A stretch of DNA of 51,819 nt from Nitrosopumilus sp. (GCA_028279625.1 JANQNM010000020.1:1-51819), one strand, 5' to 3'. Shown: positions 9,605-20,409, numbered from the stretch's first letter. The notes: generated from the sequence alone by a model not told the origin. Made by a program: numbers and translations.

Positions 9605-10546
9605 ATGAGTAAGAAAGGGTATGGGCCTTATTCATTTGGAATAATTTCATTAATACTACTAACAGTATCAACACCAACATTTGCAGAAGTAACTAGTCTT
9701 CAAACCAATTCAGAATCTTACTTTCAAGGAGATAAAATTGAATTCTCAGGAACTGTTCAAGAAGGGTCTACAGGGATAGTAACAATAGTGATTAGAGATT
9801 TTAATGAACAATTTGTTTTATTATCACAGGCAATAATTAATCCAGATTATACATTTTCTAAATCAGTAAAAATCGGAGAAGAATTTTCTTATCACGGAAT
9901 ACATAATTCAACAGGATTCATTCTTAATATGAGTAAAGGAGTTACAAACAGTTTTGGAGTTTCATTAAATGGAATACCAATTAATTTGAAAGAAAATATT
10001 GAAAGTAGTGAAATTGAACAAGATTTGATTCAATCAATTGATAATGAAGATTTAGAAAAGATATCAATAGATTTTGTCGATTCTACAAAAAACCCGAAAT
10101 ACTATGTTGATAGGTACTACAATGAGCCTGGATACAAGAGTTGGTTTGATAGAAACTATCCTGGAATTAGTATAGAAGAAGCAGTAGGATATGAAGAAAC
10201 AGCAGATGAAATAACTTCAACTGTTCAAGAGATTATAGAAAAAGAAATAATTCCTGAAGCTCAAGCCTCATCTATTGCAATATCTGCAGAATCAGAAACA
10301 AATCCTGAAACAGGTCAAATTGTATTAGCAATAGCAGGATTAGGAATATTGTTTGGAGCAGTTTATGGAATAAAAAGAAAGGTTGATGATAATTCAAAAC
10401 AGATCTCAATAAACACAGAAACAATAAGGAGGAAAATTATTCATCCATTAATGGGAGATAATCCTAAAGACATTCTTCAGACAAGACTAGCAAAAGGAGA
10501 AATAACAATTGAAGAATATGAAAAACTCAGATTAAAGTTAGGCTAA
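9605..10546 (+). CDS. Secreted, membrane-anchored protein with C-terminal SHOCT domain
   Basis: Signal peptide, Ig-like N-domain, FVDSTKNPKYYVDRYYNEPGYKSWFD segment, TM helix, SHOCT-like ILQTRLAKGEITIEEYEKLR. Confidence 0.8.
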   Translation: MSKKGYGPYSFGIISLILLTVSTPTFAEVTSLQTNSESYFQGDKIEFSGTVQEGSTGIVTIVIRDFNEQFVLLSQAIINPDYTFSKSVKIGEEFSYHGIHNSTGFILNMSKGVTNSFGVSLNGIPINLKENIESSEIEQDLIQSIDNEDLEKISIDFVDSTKNPKYYVDRYYNEPGYKSWFDRNYPGISIEEAVGYEETADEITSTVQEIIEKEIIPEAQASSIAISAESETNPETGQIVLAIAGLGILFGAVYGIKRKVDDNSKQISINTETIRRKIIHPLMGDNPKDILQTRLAKGEITIEEYEKLRLKLG

Positions 10547-11899
10547 TTTCTTAAAACCATAAACTTCTGCAACTTGTGAAAGTTTGGGAGTATGTTGTTT
10601 TATGTTTTCAAAGAATCTTTCAATCATTTGAATTCCTGCAACTACTTTTGGAGCATTACTTTTTACAAACTCTATTCTATCTGTACTAGTTTTTGGTTTA
10701 TTTTCAATATAGTTTTCAAATACTTCAGCACCATTATAATCAACAAATGCAATTCTAGCACTAAAATCAGTTCTTTCCAATACCAAACTATCACCACCTA
10801 CTATAGCAGTGTGGTATGGATGCTGAATTAATGATTCAGATAATTGTTGAGAAGTATTGATTTTTGCCTCTTGCAAGGCAGAAGAAAATCCATTAAAATC
10901 AGCTAGAAGATAAAATGTTGCTTCAGGTTTGGTAGCCTTTACTCCTTCAATAGAGGATAATGCATGATAAGTATAATCTCCCATAATGTGATGAATGTTT
11001 CGTGTAACTTCAAAATATTCATCCATTTCTCTACTAATTTCAAAACCAGCTACTGCAGCATGTTGAATTGGAGTAGATACTGCAGTGTATTCAGTTGCAA
11101 GGATTTTTTTGAATTGAGCTTTAAGATCCATTGCATGTTGAGGAAAAACAACATATCCAAGACGATATCCTCCAGCTGCATGAGATTTTGATAGTCCATT
11201 TGTTACAAATGTTCCTTCAGGGTAAATTTTCCCCATACTTACGAATTTTGAAAAATCATATGTTGTTTGAGCATAGATTTCATCAGAGATTACTGTAATG
11301 TTTAATTCTCTACATACATCTGCAATCTCTTCTAATTCAGACTCATCATATAATATTCCTGTAGGATTATGAGGATTGTTTAGAATCAGTATTTTTTGTC
11401 TATCTTGTAATCGTAATGCAAGACGTCGTAGATCATTTGGAGAAATTTTTTTGTTTGCTCGTGTTGGCAGCATATGAAAATTCTTTTTCAAAAATCTTAT
11501 CTGAGGAAGATATCCCAACCATGCAGGAGTCGGTAAAATAACTGTCCCATGTAAAATCTCTAACAAATTGAAGATCAATTCCTTTGTTCCAGGACCTACA
11601 TAGATTCTGTCAGGAGAGACGTCCATTCGAAAATAATATTTATTGTATTTTGAAATGGCATTTCTTAATTCAGGAATTCCTGAAACAGCAGCATATTCGC
11701 CTTTATTGGCATTTTTTATCAATGCTCCTTGAACTAGTCTAGGAACTGGAAATGGAGATTGTCCAAAAGCAAAACCATAGAATCCAAATCCACATTCAGG
11801 ATGAGTGCAATTTGAGTGAAATTCTTGCAAAAAGGTGTTCAATTTTAGGTTCTCAGGCATCTCTATGTCTTCTACCTGCTGGTCAACTACGAATCTCAA
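10538..11899 (-). CDS. PLP-dependent aminotransferase class I/II
   Basis: NNPHNPTG, ISDEIY and PLP-lysine motif GLSKSHAAGGYRLG. Confidence 0.93.
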   Translation of the reverse strand: MRFVVDQQVEDIEMPENLKLNTFLQEFHSNCTHPECGFGFYGFAFGQSPFPVPRLVQGALIKNANKGEYAAVSGIPELRNAISKYNKYYFRMDVSPDRIYVGPGTKELIFNLLEILHGTVILPTPAWLGYLPQIRFLKKNFHMLPTRANKKISPNDLRRLALRLQDRQKILILNNPHNPTGILYDESELEEIADVCRELNITVISDEIYAQTTYDFSKFVSMGKIYPEGTFVTNGLSKSHAAGGYRLGYVVFPQHAMDLKAQFKKILATEYTAVSTPIQHAAVAGFEISREMDEYFEVTRNIHHIMGDYTYHALSSIEGVKATKPEATFYLLADFNGFSSALQEAKINTSQQLSESLIQHPYHTAIVGGDSLVLERTDFSARIAFVDYNGAEVFENYIENKPKTSTDRIEFVKSNAPKVVAGIQMIERFFENIKQHTPKLSQVAEVYGFKKLA

Positions 11900-11968
11900 T
11901 GCCTAGTATTCGTCATTTTGATTATTACATAAAACGTGAACTAGAAAGTATCAAAAAGTTAGATAATG

Positions 11969-13894
11969 TTAACCAATTTCTGAGATTTCATCTAACACTA
12001 GAGGATTTTCCAAGGAAGATAAATCACCTAATTCCTTTCCCAATAGTTTGGATTTTAAGAGCCTTCTAAGGATTTTGCCAGTTCTTGTTTTCGGCAAATC
12101 AGTTAATTGAAAAACCAATTTTGGTCTTGCAACCTTTCCAATTTTTTCTGCAATAAAATCAGATACTTCTTTTTCTAAATTATTTTCAGTTTTTTCATCA
12201 GGAACATAAAATACAACTATAGCTTCACCAGTTATATCATCAGGTATTGCAATTGAAGCAGCATCTGAAATTTTTTTGTGAGAAATTACAGTATGTTCAA
12301 TTTCGGCAGTGCTCATTCTATGACCAGAGACATTAATTACATCATCAGTTCTTCCACGCATATACCACAGGTTATCCTCGTCAACATAAACATAATCACC
12401 ATGAAACCAAGTATTTTCAAACCTTGACCAATATGTTTCCAAAAATCTTTGATCATCATGTAATAAACTTCTAGTCATTGCAGGCCATGGAGATTTGATT
12501 ACAAGATATCCATTTTTGTTTCTAACAGAATTTTGATTATCATCAACGATATCTAAATTCATTCCAGGTACAGGAATTCCAACAGTAGATGGTTTTAATT
12601 TCATACCCGGGAAAACAGATAGCATTGCACCACCAATTTCAGTTCCACCAGAAAGATTCATGATGGGGATTTTTTTATTGCCTACTTTTTCAAACAGCCA
12701 CCACCAAGAATCTTCATCTAAAGGCTCGCCAGTAGTAGGAATATTTTTGATTTTATCCAATGAATATTTTTTCAAAGGTTCTTGATTATTTTTTTTAAAC
12801 ATTCTAGTTGCAGTTGGAGAAATTCCAAAAATAGTTGCATTGTAATCAGATAGAATTTTCCAAACTCTTTCAGAATTTGGATAGTCTAGTGCGCCATCAT
12901 AAATAACTGAACTTGCCCCCATAATCAAAAGCCCATAAACATTCCATACGAGACCAGTAATCCAACCAATATCTGCAGGCCAAAATAACACGTCATTTTC
13001 GTGTGTATCAATCAGATATGCTGCCTGATGACCGGCAAATACTGAGAATCCACCATGAGTGTGAACCACTCCCTTTGGCTTGCCCGTGGTCCCTGAAGTA
13101 TATAGAATAAACAAAGGATCTTCAGAATTCATAACTTCTGTATCACATGTAGAATTTTTGTTAGAAACTAGTTCATCATAGGAAATACTATTTTCAAAAT
13201 TTGTATAGTCATCAATTTGTTTGTATTTTACAACAATTGTTTTTTCAACAGAAGTATCTTTGATTGCTTCTTTAATAGAATTTATTTGAGAAATGGGTTT
13301 TCCTTTTCTAAAAAAACCATCAGAAACTAAAAGAGCTTTTGCATTACAATCTTGTAATCGGACATGCAACGAATCAGTACTATACCCAGAAAAAATTACT
13401 GTTTGAACTGCACCTATTTTTGCTGCTGCAAAAATTGTTATAACTGCTTGTTCAATCATTGGTAGATAAATTGCAACAACATCACCTTTTTTGATACCAA
13501 TTGATTTTAAGCCATTTGCAAGTTTTGATACTTTATCATCTAATTCAGAGTAAGATGTTTTAGAAGTAATTCCATCTTCTGAAATAAAATGATATGCAGT
13601 TTTGTTTGGATTTAATTTGGAGAATTTTTCAACAGATGATTTGTAGATATTTGTTTTTCCATCAACAAACCATTTTGACCACATTATGCCTTTTGAAGAA
13701 TCAAAAACTTTTGAATATGGAGTGTCCCAGATTATACCAATATCTTCATCAACTGCATTCCAAAACCATACAGGATCATCAATTGCTTTTCTAGAAAGTT
13801 CTTCTAATGATGAGATGTTATGTTTTTTCATAAATTGAAAAATATTTGATTCATCAATTTGTTTTTGTGTTGGAACAAATTCAAAATTTGACAA
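11969..13894 (-). CDS. AMP-forming acyl-CoA synthetase (acetyl-CoA synthetase-like)
   Basis: YTSGTTGKPKG, ADIGWITG, GRTDDVINVSGHR, PKTRTGKILRR; substrate not determinable from sequence. Confidence 0.92.
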   Translation of the reverse strand: MSNFEFVPTQKQIDESNIFQFMKKHNISSLEELSRKAIDDPVWFWNAVDEDIGIIWDTPYSKVFDSSKGIMWSKWFVDGKTNIYKSSVEKFSKLNPNKTAYHFISEDGITSKTSYSELDDKVSKLANGLKSIGIKKGDVVAIYLPMIEQAVITIFAAAKIGAVQTVIFSGYSTDSLHVRLQDCNAKALLVSDGFFRKGKPISQINSIKEAIKDTSVEKTIVVKYKQIDDYTNFENSISYDELVSNKNSTCDTEVMNSEDPLFILYTSGTTGKPKGVVHTHGGFSVFAGHQAAYLIDTHENDVLFWPADIGWITGLVWNVYGLLIMGASSVIYDGALDYPNSERVWKILSDYNATIFGISPTATRMFKKNNQEPLKKYSLDKIKNIPTTGEPLDEDSWWWLFEKVGNKKIPIMNLSGGTEIGGAMLSVFPGMKLKPSTVGIPVPGMNLDIVDDNQNSVRNKNGYLVIKSPWPAMTRSLLHDDQRFLETYWSRFENTWFHGDYVYVDEDNLWYMRGRTDDVINVSGHRMSTAEIEHTVISHKKISDAASIAIPDDITGEAIVVFYVPDEKTENNLEKEVSDFIAEKIGKVARPKLVFQLTDLPKTRTGKILRRLLKSKLLGKELGDLSSLENPLVLDEISEIG

Positions 13895-13938
13895 GACTTA
13901 ATTTTTAAATTCAAACAGTCTGTAAAAAGATTTTCAGA

Positions 13939-14205
13939 TTATGAGATATTCAAACCTAACCTTCTAGCACAGGCAATTGCTGCCTTTCCATCATCTTCAG
14001 TAATTCCTGTTTTTAGAAATTGCTTAGACCATTTAGAACCTGTCATCATGGTCTTTTCTTGATAGTATTGTCGTAAAATCACGCCTATTTGTTCATCAAG
14101 TCTCTTTTTTGTAGCATCATTCATTCCTGCCTGAAGTATAGTTGCATCTGAAGATGCTAAAATTTTGATAAATTCAATATTTTCTAAAGAAAGATCAGAT
14201 GCCAA
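13939..14205 (-). CDS. Hypothetical protein (about 88 aa; likely TTG start at 14205, overlapping the gatB end)
   Basis: In the ORF track; the in-frame TTG gives a short overlap with gatB instead of 86 nt. Confidence 0.65.
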   Translation of the reverse strand: MASDLSLENIEFIKILASSDATILQAGMNDATKKRLDEQIGVILRQYYQEKTMMTGSKWSKQFLKTGITEDDGKAAIACARRLGLNIS

Positions 14206-15601
14206 CTTCTTTTTTGAGCAAATCCAAAGTAAGTTTTGGATCTGCTTTACCTTTTGTTTTTTGCATAACTTTTCCAACAAGGAAATTTATTGTCTGAGGA
14301 TTAGATTTTGCTTGTTCGACTGCTTGAGATTCTTCTGAAATTACTTCTTGAATAACTTTAATCAATTCTGATTCATCAGATACATTTCCAAGATCTAACT
14401 CAGAAATTATTTGAGATAATTCTTTTCCAGTCTTGACAATTTCATGTAATGCATTTTTGGCAGAGTTTCTAGATATTTTTCCTGATTGAATAGAATCAGC
14501 CAAATCTTTTAGATGAGATGAAGTAATTTTTGCGGATTCACGTTTCTCCCTAGTATCAACTAGTCCCATCAAATCAGTAGTAATGATATTTGCAATTTCT
14601 TTTGCATTAGACTCAGTATGAGATTCTTCAAACAGGTCAGAATAAAATTTGTCTGAAGACAACACATCTGCAACTTGAGACGGAATACCATATTTTGTAA
14701 CGTAACGCTCTTTTTTGGAACTAATACTTTCAGGCATTTTTGATTTTAGTTCTTCATGAGTACTCTGATCAATTTTTACCCATGGAATGTCACCTTCTAG
14801 AAAATATCTATAATCTAATTCTTCTTCTTTTGAACGAGATGAAATTGTTATCTTTCTTTTGTCATCCCAGTGTCTTGTTTCTTGAACAATCGGAATATCT
14901 CTTGAATGCAAACTTTCTTGTCTTGTAATTTCAAAATGAACTGCTTTTTCTAAATCATGAAAAGAGTTGATGTTTTTGATTTCAACTTTGTTTCCACCTT
15001 CAATTGACACATTAGCATCAGCTCTCATTGCTCCTTCAAGACTAGGATCTGAGACTCCAAGATTTTCAAGCAAGTCAGATAAAATATTTAGAAATTCTCT
15101 TACCTGTTTTGGATTCTCAAAGTCAGGCTCTGTAACAATTTCAACAAGAGGTGTTCCTGCACGATTATAATCAACAAGAGTGATTTGATTTTTTGAAGAA
15201 CTTCCTTCGTAAATCAGCCTGCCTGGATCCTCTTCAAGTTGGATTCTTGTGATTCGAATTTTCTTATCTCCAACCATAATAGAGCCAGAACTTCCAATGC
15301 TAGTATCACCATAGATGTTTAGTTGTGTAAGTTGGAAGTTTTTTGGCAAATCTGGGTAAAAGTAGTTTTTTCTAAAAAATGCAATTTTTTCAGGAGTTGA
15401 ACAGTTTAATGCCATTGCAATCATTGTTGCTTTTTTTACTGCTTCTTGATTTAATCGAGGTAAACTTCCAGGAAGGCCCATACAAATAGGACAGATGTTT
15501 TCATTTATCTCAAATTCTCTATAGTTTGCCTTACATGGGCAAAATAACTTGCTTTCGATATTTGTTAACTGACAGTGAATCTCTAGACCCATCTTAGTCA
15601 A
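14195..15601 (-). CDS. gatB: Asp/Glu-tRNA amidotransferase subunit B
   Basis: GLEIHCQL, RKNYFYPDLPK, DYNRAGTPLVEIVTEPD, C-terminal GKADPK. Confidence 0.97.
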   Translation of the reverse strand: MTKMGLEIHCQLTNIESKLFCPCKANYREFEINENICPICMGLPGSLPRLNQEAVKKATMIAMALNCSTPEKIAFFRKNYFYPDLPKNFQLTQLNIYGDTSIGSSGSIMVGDKKIRITRIQLEEDPGRLIYEGSSSKNQITLVDYNRAGTPLVEIVTEPDFENPKQVREFLNILSDLLENLGVSDPSLEGAMRADANVSIEGGNKVEIKNINSFHDLEKAVHFEITRQESLHSRDIPIVQETRHWDDKRKITISSRSKEEELDYRYFLEGDIPWVKIDQSTHEELKSKMPESISSKKERYVTKYGIPSQVADVLSSDKFYSDLFEESHTESNAKEIANIITTDLMGLVDTREKRESAKITSSHLKDLADSIQSGKISRNSAKNALHEIVKTGKELSQIISELDLGNVSDESELIKVIQEVISEESQAVEQAKSNPQTINFLVGKVMQKTKGKADPKLTLDLLKKEVGI

Positions 15602-17043
15602 ATCGGAACCTCCGGTAGTTTGACAGTTCCTTCAAGTGCATGGGCTGCTTGAAGCAGAGATTTGTCTTCCATAGAGTTTGCTAGAATTTGCATACCAATT
15701 GGCAATCCGTTTGAAACTGCAAAAGGAACAGAAATTGCAGGTTTGCCAGTAAGATTCGATGTTACAGTATTGATATCAACTAAAAATAATGCTATGGGGT
15801 CATCAATTTTTTCACCAATCTTAAATGGCAAGATGGGAACTGTTGGTGCAATCAAATAATCATAACCTTGCAGAACTTTGTTAATTTCTTCAGTTAGTTT
15901 TTGTTTTACTTTGAGTGCCTTGAGATAATATTTTCCAGCATGTCCTGCAGATGGAACAAACCCACCAAGAATCATTCTTCGAATAACCTCTGGTCCAAAC
16001 TTTGTTCTTGCTTTTGAGATATAGGAATTAAACTCATATCCTTCAACAGGAAAATCATATCCATATAGTAAGTTGTCATATCTTGCAAGATTGCTTCCCG
16101 CCTCTGTTGCAGTTATTGTATAGTATGCAGCAACAGAATATTTTACCATATCAAGTGAGACATCTTCGCATGTAGCACCTAATCCTTCAAATTTTGAAAT
16201 AGCATTTTTTGTTGCAGAAAGAACTGCAGGATCTGTCCCCTCTACAATCATTTCTTGAATAATACCAATTTTCTTTCCTTCTATTCCTGCATCAATTCCT
16301 GAAAGATAATCTTGGCCAGAATTATCAGTAGTAGTATCATCATTTGTATCCAAACCAGTCACAAGATTTAGCAAAAATGCAGTATCCTTGACAGTTTTTG
16401 TGATGGGTCCAATCTGCTCAATACTATTAGCGTAAGAAATTAAGCCATACCTGCTAATCAAACCATAAGTTGGTTTGTATCCTACCGCACCACAAAAACT
16501 TGCAGGATTTCTAACAGAACCACCAGTATCAGAACCAAGGGATGCAATGCATTCATGAGAAGCAACAGATACAGCACTTCCTCCAGAAGAGCCACCAGGA
16601 ACATAATCTTGATTCCAGGGATTTTTGCTTGGGCCATATGCACTAAATTCAGTGGTAAGCCCCATTGCAAATTCATCAAGGTTTGCTTTTCCAACAAATA
16701 CTGCATCTTCTTGTTTTAGTTTTGAAATTACTGTTGCATCATATGGTGAAATAAAATTTTCTAGCATCTTTGATGCACATGTAGTTTTAGAATTTTTAAT
16801 ACAAATATTGTCTTTAATAGATATGGGCATTCCATAACATGCGCCAACTTTTTCTCCAGATTTTATTTTCTTGTCTATTTGCCTTGCTTGGTCAACTGCA
16901 TCAGAATTTACTTGAAGAAAAGCATGTAATTTGTCATCTATTTGACTGATTCTTTCAAGTGTCTTTGCAGTAAAGTCTTCAGCTGAAATGTTTCCATTTT
17001 GAACTTCTTGTACATATTCTAAGGCAGAAATTTTGAGATTCAA
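15598..17043 (-). CDS. gatA: Asp/Glu-tRNA amidotransferase subunit A
   Basis: Amidase signature IKDNI, PGGSSGGSA, GSDTGGSVRNPA; SNLARYD. Confidence 0.97.
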   Translation of the reverse strand: MNLKISALEYVQEVQNGNISAEDFTAKTLERISQIDDKLHAFLQVNSDAVDQARQIDKKIKSGEKVGACYGMPISIKDNICIKNSKTTCASKMLENFISPYDATVISKLKQEDAVFVGKANLDEFAMGLTTEFSAYGPSKNPWNQDYVPGGSSGGSAVSVASHECIASLGSDTGGSVRNPASFCGAVGYKPTYGLISRYGLISYANSIEQIGPITKTVKDTAFLLNLVTGLDTNDDTTTDNSGQDYLSGIDAGIEGKKIGIIQEMIVEGTDPAVLSATKNAISKFEGLGATCEDVSLDMVKYSVAAYYTITATEAGSNLARYDNLLYGYDFPVEGYEFNSYISKARTKFGPEVIRRMILGGFVPSAGHAGKYYLKALKVKQKLTEEINKVLQGYDYLIAPTVPILPFKIGEKIDDPIALFLVDINTVTSNLTGKPAISVPFAVSNGLPIGMQILANSMEDKSLLQAAHALEGTVKLPEVPI

Positions 17044-17319
17044 TCACATCATCTTGGGGGCTCTGACATACTTTTCTTTATAGTGATTTAATTTCTCAAT
17101 TAGTTTATCATCATATGCAATGTATTTGTCTTCACGTAACTTTGAAAGAGGAATATCTTGCATGGAAATTTCTTCATCATCAACTCCTGCAGAATCTAAA
17201 ATGTCAAAATAATCAATCATAGCATGTACTTTGTCTACAAATTCTTTATGATCGTGAACATCAATTTTCATTAGTTTTGCAACTTGTTCAATCTCTTCTT
17301 CGCTAACCAAGCAATTCAC
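17044..17319 (-). CDS. gatC: Asp/Glu-tRNA amidotransferase subunit C
   Basis: EEIEQVAKL, LREDK, VRAPK; lies between aspS and gatA. Confidence 0.88.
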   Translation of the reverse strand: MNCLVSEEEIEQVAKLMKIDVHDHKEFVDKVHAMIDYFDILDSAGVDDEEISMQDIPLSKLREDKYIAYDDKLIEKLNHYKEKYVRAPKMM

Positions 17320-18630
17320 CTATGGTGTTAATCTGTCAACATCTCTGGGATAAAATGTTACATCTCTAATGTTTTCAGTTCCAGTTAGTGCCATAATTAG
17401 TCTCTCAAGACCAATTCCACAGCCTGCGTGTGGAGGAACACCATAATCAAATGCGCCTAGATGGTATTCAAATGCATCAGTCTTCATGCCTTTGTTTTTC
17501 ATTCTTTCAGCAAGTTCATCACGCTTTTCAATTCTTGTACTTCCAGAAGATAATTCCAAATCACCAAACATTAAATCAAAAGATTCAGAGATTTTTGGAT
17601 TTGATTTACTTGCCTTTACATAGAATGGTTTTGGACCAAGTGGCCAGTCTTTGATAAAGTAAAATCCTTCTAGACCAATTTTTTTGAGATTTGAAGGATA
17701 TAGATCATCTCCCCATTCAGTTTTTGCACCAGCTTTTTGCATTTTATCTACTAATTCATCATAAGAATATCTTGGAATAGATTCAGGAATTTCAGGAACA
17801 TTAAATTCAGTATCAGAATTGTTTTTTACATATTCTTGAACCGTACTAATTGAAGCTTTAATGATTTCCTCGATTCTATTCATTACATCGTTGTAATCAA
17901 CAAATGCTTCTTCAAGATCAATTGAGATTGCTTCAGCAAGATGTCGATTTGTTCTAGAAGGTTCTGCTCTAAAGATAGGTGCAATCTCAAAAACTTTCTC
18001 AAAACTCATTGTCAATTGCTCTTTATACAATTGAGGACTCTGTGCAAGAAATGCTTCTTTGTTGTAATAGAAAATTGGAAATAATGCAGCACCTCCCTCT
18101 GTTGCAGTAGCAATCATTTTTGGAGTGTTTATTTCAGTAAAATTTTGTTCATTAAAATAATCACGAACTGATTTTAAAACCAAACTTCTTGTATTGAATA
18201 TGTGTTGCAGTACTTTACGACGAAGATCAATTGGACGGACTTCTAATCTTGTATCAATATTTTTTACAGTTTTTGCAACAGGCTCAAAAGGAGGGATTTT
18301 TTCAACTTCAGAAAAAACTCTTAATTCTGAAGGCACTATTTCAAATCCACTAGGAGCTTTTTCAGAAGATTTTACCTTTCCTACTATAGCTATTGAAGAG
18401 TGAGCTTTTAGTGACGAAATTTTTTCCCTTACATCATCAGGGCAATCTCCTTTTTTGGCCACTATAGAAATATCTCCATTTTTGTCACGAATTGTTGCAA
18501 AACTAATGTTTCCATGGCCTCTAATTGTCAAAACCCAGCCCATGATGGTAACATCAGCACCATCCATTTCAGGAGTAATTTCATTTGAATAATGGGATCT
18601 ACGTAGAGTTCCTAATTCAGTTTCAATCAT
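17320..18630 (-). CDS. aspS: Archaeal aspartyl-tRNA synthetase, probably non-discriminating (Asp/Asn)
   Basis: LAQSPQLYK, FRAEPSRTNRHLAE, PPHAGCGIGLERL; short L1 loop EKAP containing Pro; co-transcribed with gatCAB. Confidence 0.96.
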   Translation of the reverse strand: MIETELGTLRRSHYSNEITPEMDGADVTIMGWVLTIRGHGNISFATIRDKNGDISIVAKKGDCPDDVREKISSLKAHSSIAIVGKVKSSEKAPSGFEIVPSELRVFSEVEKIPPFEPVAKTVKNIDTRLEVRPIDLRRKVLQHIFNTRSLVLKSVRDYFNEQNFTEINTPKMIATATEGGAALFPIFYYNKEAFLAQSPQLYKEQLTMSFEKVFEIAPIFRAEPSRTNRHLAEAISIDLEEAFVDYNDVMNRIEEIIKASISTVQEYVKNNSDTEFNVPEIPESIPRYSYDELVDKMQKAGAKTEWGDDLYPSNLKKIGLEGFYFIKDWPLGPKPFYVKASKSNPKISESFDLMFGDLELSSGSTRIEKRDELAERMKNKGMKTDAFEYHLGAFDYGVPPHAGCGIGLERLIMALTGTENIRDVTFYPRDVDRLTP

Positions 18631-18742
18631 AATTTACATAACTCCACATCTTATGGTGTAATTAATTTTTATACAATAGAGTTGACAAATTCTTCAATTT
18701 TCATAATCCTTATAGCCAACAGTAAATCCACATCAAAACAAG

Positions 18743-18928
18743 ATGGATATCTTAATGGGTCTTGTAATTGCAATGTTCATTATTACTGCAGCCTATGTGG
18801 GATATCACGCATCACAAGAGCCAGCCGATGTAGGAGGACATGATATCAATATGGAATTAGAAACACTGTCTGCAGATCTAAAATTATCAGATAATTCTAA
18901 ACTTGCACTTGAACCTAAAATTAGCTGA
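18743..18928 (+). CDS. Small membrane-anchored protein
   Basis: N-terminal TM helix; TATA-like cttatag about 30 nt upstream. Confidence 0.6.
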   Translation: MDILMGLVIAMFIITAAYVGYHASQEPADVGGHDINMELETLSADLKLSDNSKLALEPKIS

Positions 18929-18973
18929 AAAATCTAGATTTACATTAAATTATAACTAATTTTAATATTCTAT

Positions 18974-19183
18974 ATGACATTATCAGATAGGGAGAAAATT
19001 ATAGCCATAATTTCAAATGGTATTGCAGTATTTTCTTTATTACAAGAAAGAGAAGAACTTCCGAAAAACACGACCATGTATGATTTTGTTCTAAAAGTAA
19101 TTCCAGAAGATATCAAATCAGAATTAAGCGTGGAGTTGATTGATGAGATATTTCGATATGTCACATCCGCACATAGTTCATAA
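18974..19183 (+). CDS. Small hypothetical protein
   Basis: 69-aa ORF with protein-like composition, co-oriented with purP. Confidence 0.7.
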   Translation: MTLSDREKIIAIISNGIAVFSLLQEREELPKNTTMYDFVLKVIPEDIKSELSVELIDEIFRYVTSAHSS

Positions 19184-19210
19184 AGTCCAAAATCATAGTT
19201 CAAATATCAA

Positions 19211-20236
19211 ATGACATCAATTGCTACTTTAGGTTCTCATTGCTCATTACAGGTTCTCAAAGGAGCCAAAGATGAAGGCTTGAAAACATTATTGGTATGT
19301 GAGAAAAAACGTGAAAAACTTTACAGGAGATTCCCCTTTATTGATGAATTAATCATTGTTGATTCCTTCAAAGAAGTGCTTGATCAAAGATGCCACTCAA
19401 TTCTTGAACAAAACGATTCTGTACTGATTCCTCATGGAACATTGATTGCACAAATGAGTTCAGAAGAAATTGAATCTATCAAAACCCCAGTCTTTGGTAA
19501 CAAATGGATTCTAAGATGGGAATCAGATAGAGAGATGAAAGAAAAACTAATGAGAGAAGCAAATCTCCCAATGCCAAAACCAGTTACAAATCCTAGTGAG
19601 ATTACAAAATTATCTATTGTTAAAAGACAAGGAGCTGCAGGTGGAAAAGGGTATTTCATGGCAGCAAACGAAGACGATTACAATACAAAAAGAAATCAAC
19701 TCATTTCAGAAGGAATTATTTCTAAAGATGAAACACTGTACATCCAAGAATATGCAGCAGGAGTTTTAGCATACTTGACATTTTTCTATTCTCCATTAAA
19801 AGAGGAATTAGAATTCTATGGTGTTGATCAAAGACATGAATCAGACATTGAAGGATTGGGAAGAATTCCTGCGGAACAACAAATGAAATCAGACAAAGTA
19901 CCATCTTTCAATGTTATTGGAAATAGTCCACTAGTCCTAAGAGAATCATTGTTAGACGAAGTTTATACAATGGGAGAGAATTTTGTTGAGGCTTCAAAAA
20001 GAATTGTCAAACCAGGAATGAATGGCCCATTTTGTATTGAAGGAGTTTATGATGAGAATGCAAAATTCACATCATTTGAATTTTCTGCAAGAATTGTTGC
20101 AGGTTCAAATATCTACATGGATGGTTCTCCATACTATTCTCTTCTATTCAACGAATCAATGAGTATGGGTAAAAGAATTGCAAGAGAAGTAAAAACAGCT
20201 AGTGATTCTAATCAATTAGATAAAATTACAACATAA
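19211..20236 (+). CDS. purP: 5-formaminoimidazole-4-carboxamide ribonucleotide synthetase (ATP-grasp, PurP family)
   Basis: IATLGSHCSLQVLKGAKDEG, IPHGT, GGKGYF, FEFSARIVAGSN, MSMGKRIAREVK. Confidence 0.92.
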   Translation: MTSIATLGSHCSLQVLKGAKDEGLKTLLVCEKKREKLYRRFPFIDELIIVDSFKEVLDQRCHSILEQNDSVLIPHGTLIAQMSSEEIESIKTPVFGNKWILRWESDREMKEKLMREANLPMPKPVTNPSEITKLSIVKRQGAAGGKGYFMAANEDDYNTKRNQLISEGIISKDETLYIQEYAAGVLAYLTFFYSPLKEELEFYGVDQRHESDIEGLGRIPAEQQMKSDKVPSFNVIGNSPLVLRESLLDEVYTMGENFVEASKRIVKPGMNGPFCIEGVYDENAKFTSFEFSARIVAGSNIYMDGSPYYSLLFNESMSMGKRIAREVKTASDSNQLDKITT

Positions 20237-20247
20237 ATTTCAAAAAT

Positions 20248-20409
20248 CTATGCCAGTCTTTCAATTGAAATAATTTCGTCTTTTGTTCCGAAAATCTTTT
20301 TTTCATGACAGGCTTCGCATACTAACCATTCGGGATTATAGTCACTACCTTTAGCACCCTTGTAGACGATTCGATAAACAGGCTCGTGTCTGTCATTACA
20401 TACATCCAT
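20248..20409 (-). CDS. Small Cys/His putative zinc-binding protein (53 aa; likely start 20409)
   Basis: MDVCNDRH...WLVCEACH; TATA tttatat on the minus strand about 30 nt upstream of ATG 20409. Confidence 0.7.
   Translation of the reverse strand: MDVCNDRHEPVYRIVYKGAKGSDYNPEWLVCEACHEKKIFGTKDEIISIERLA

Noticed and set aside
14195-18630. aspS-gatCAB cluster as a novelty
   Set aside because: Established tRNA-dependent asparagine pathway.
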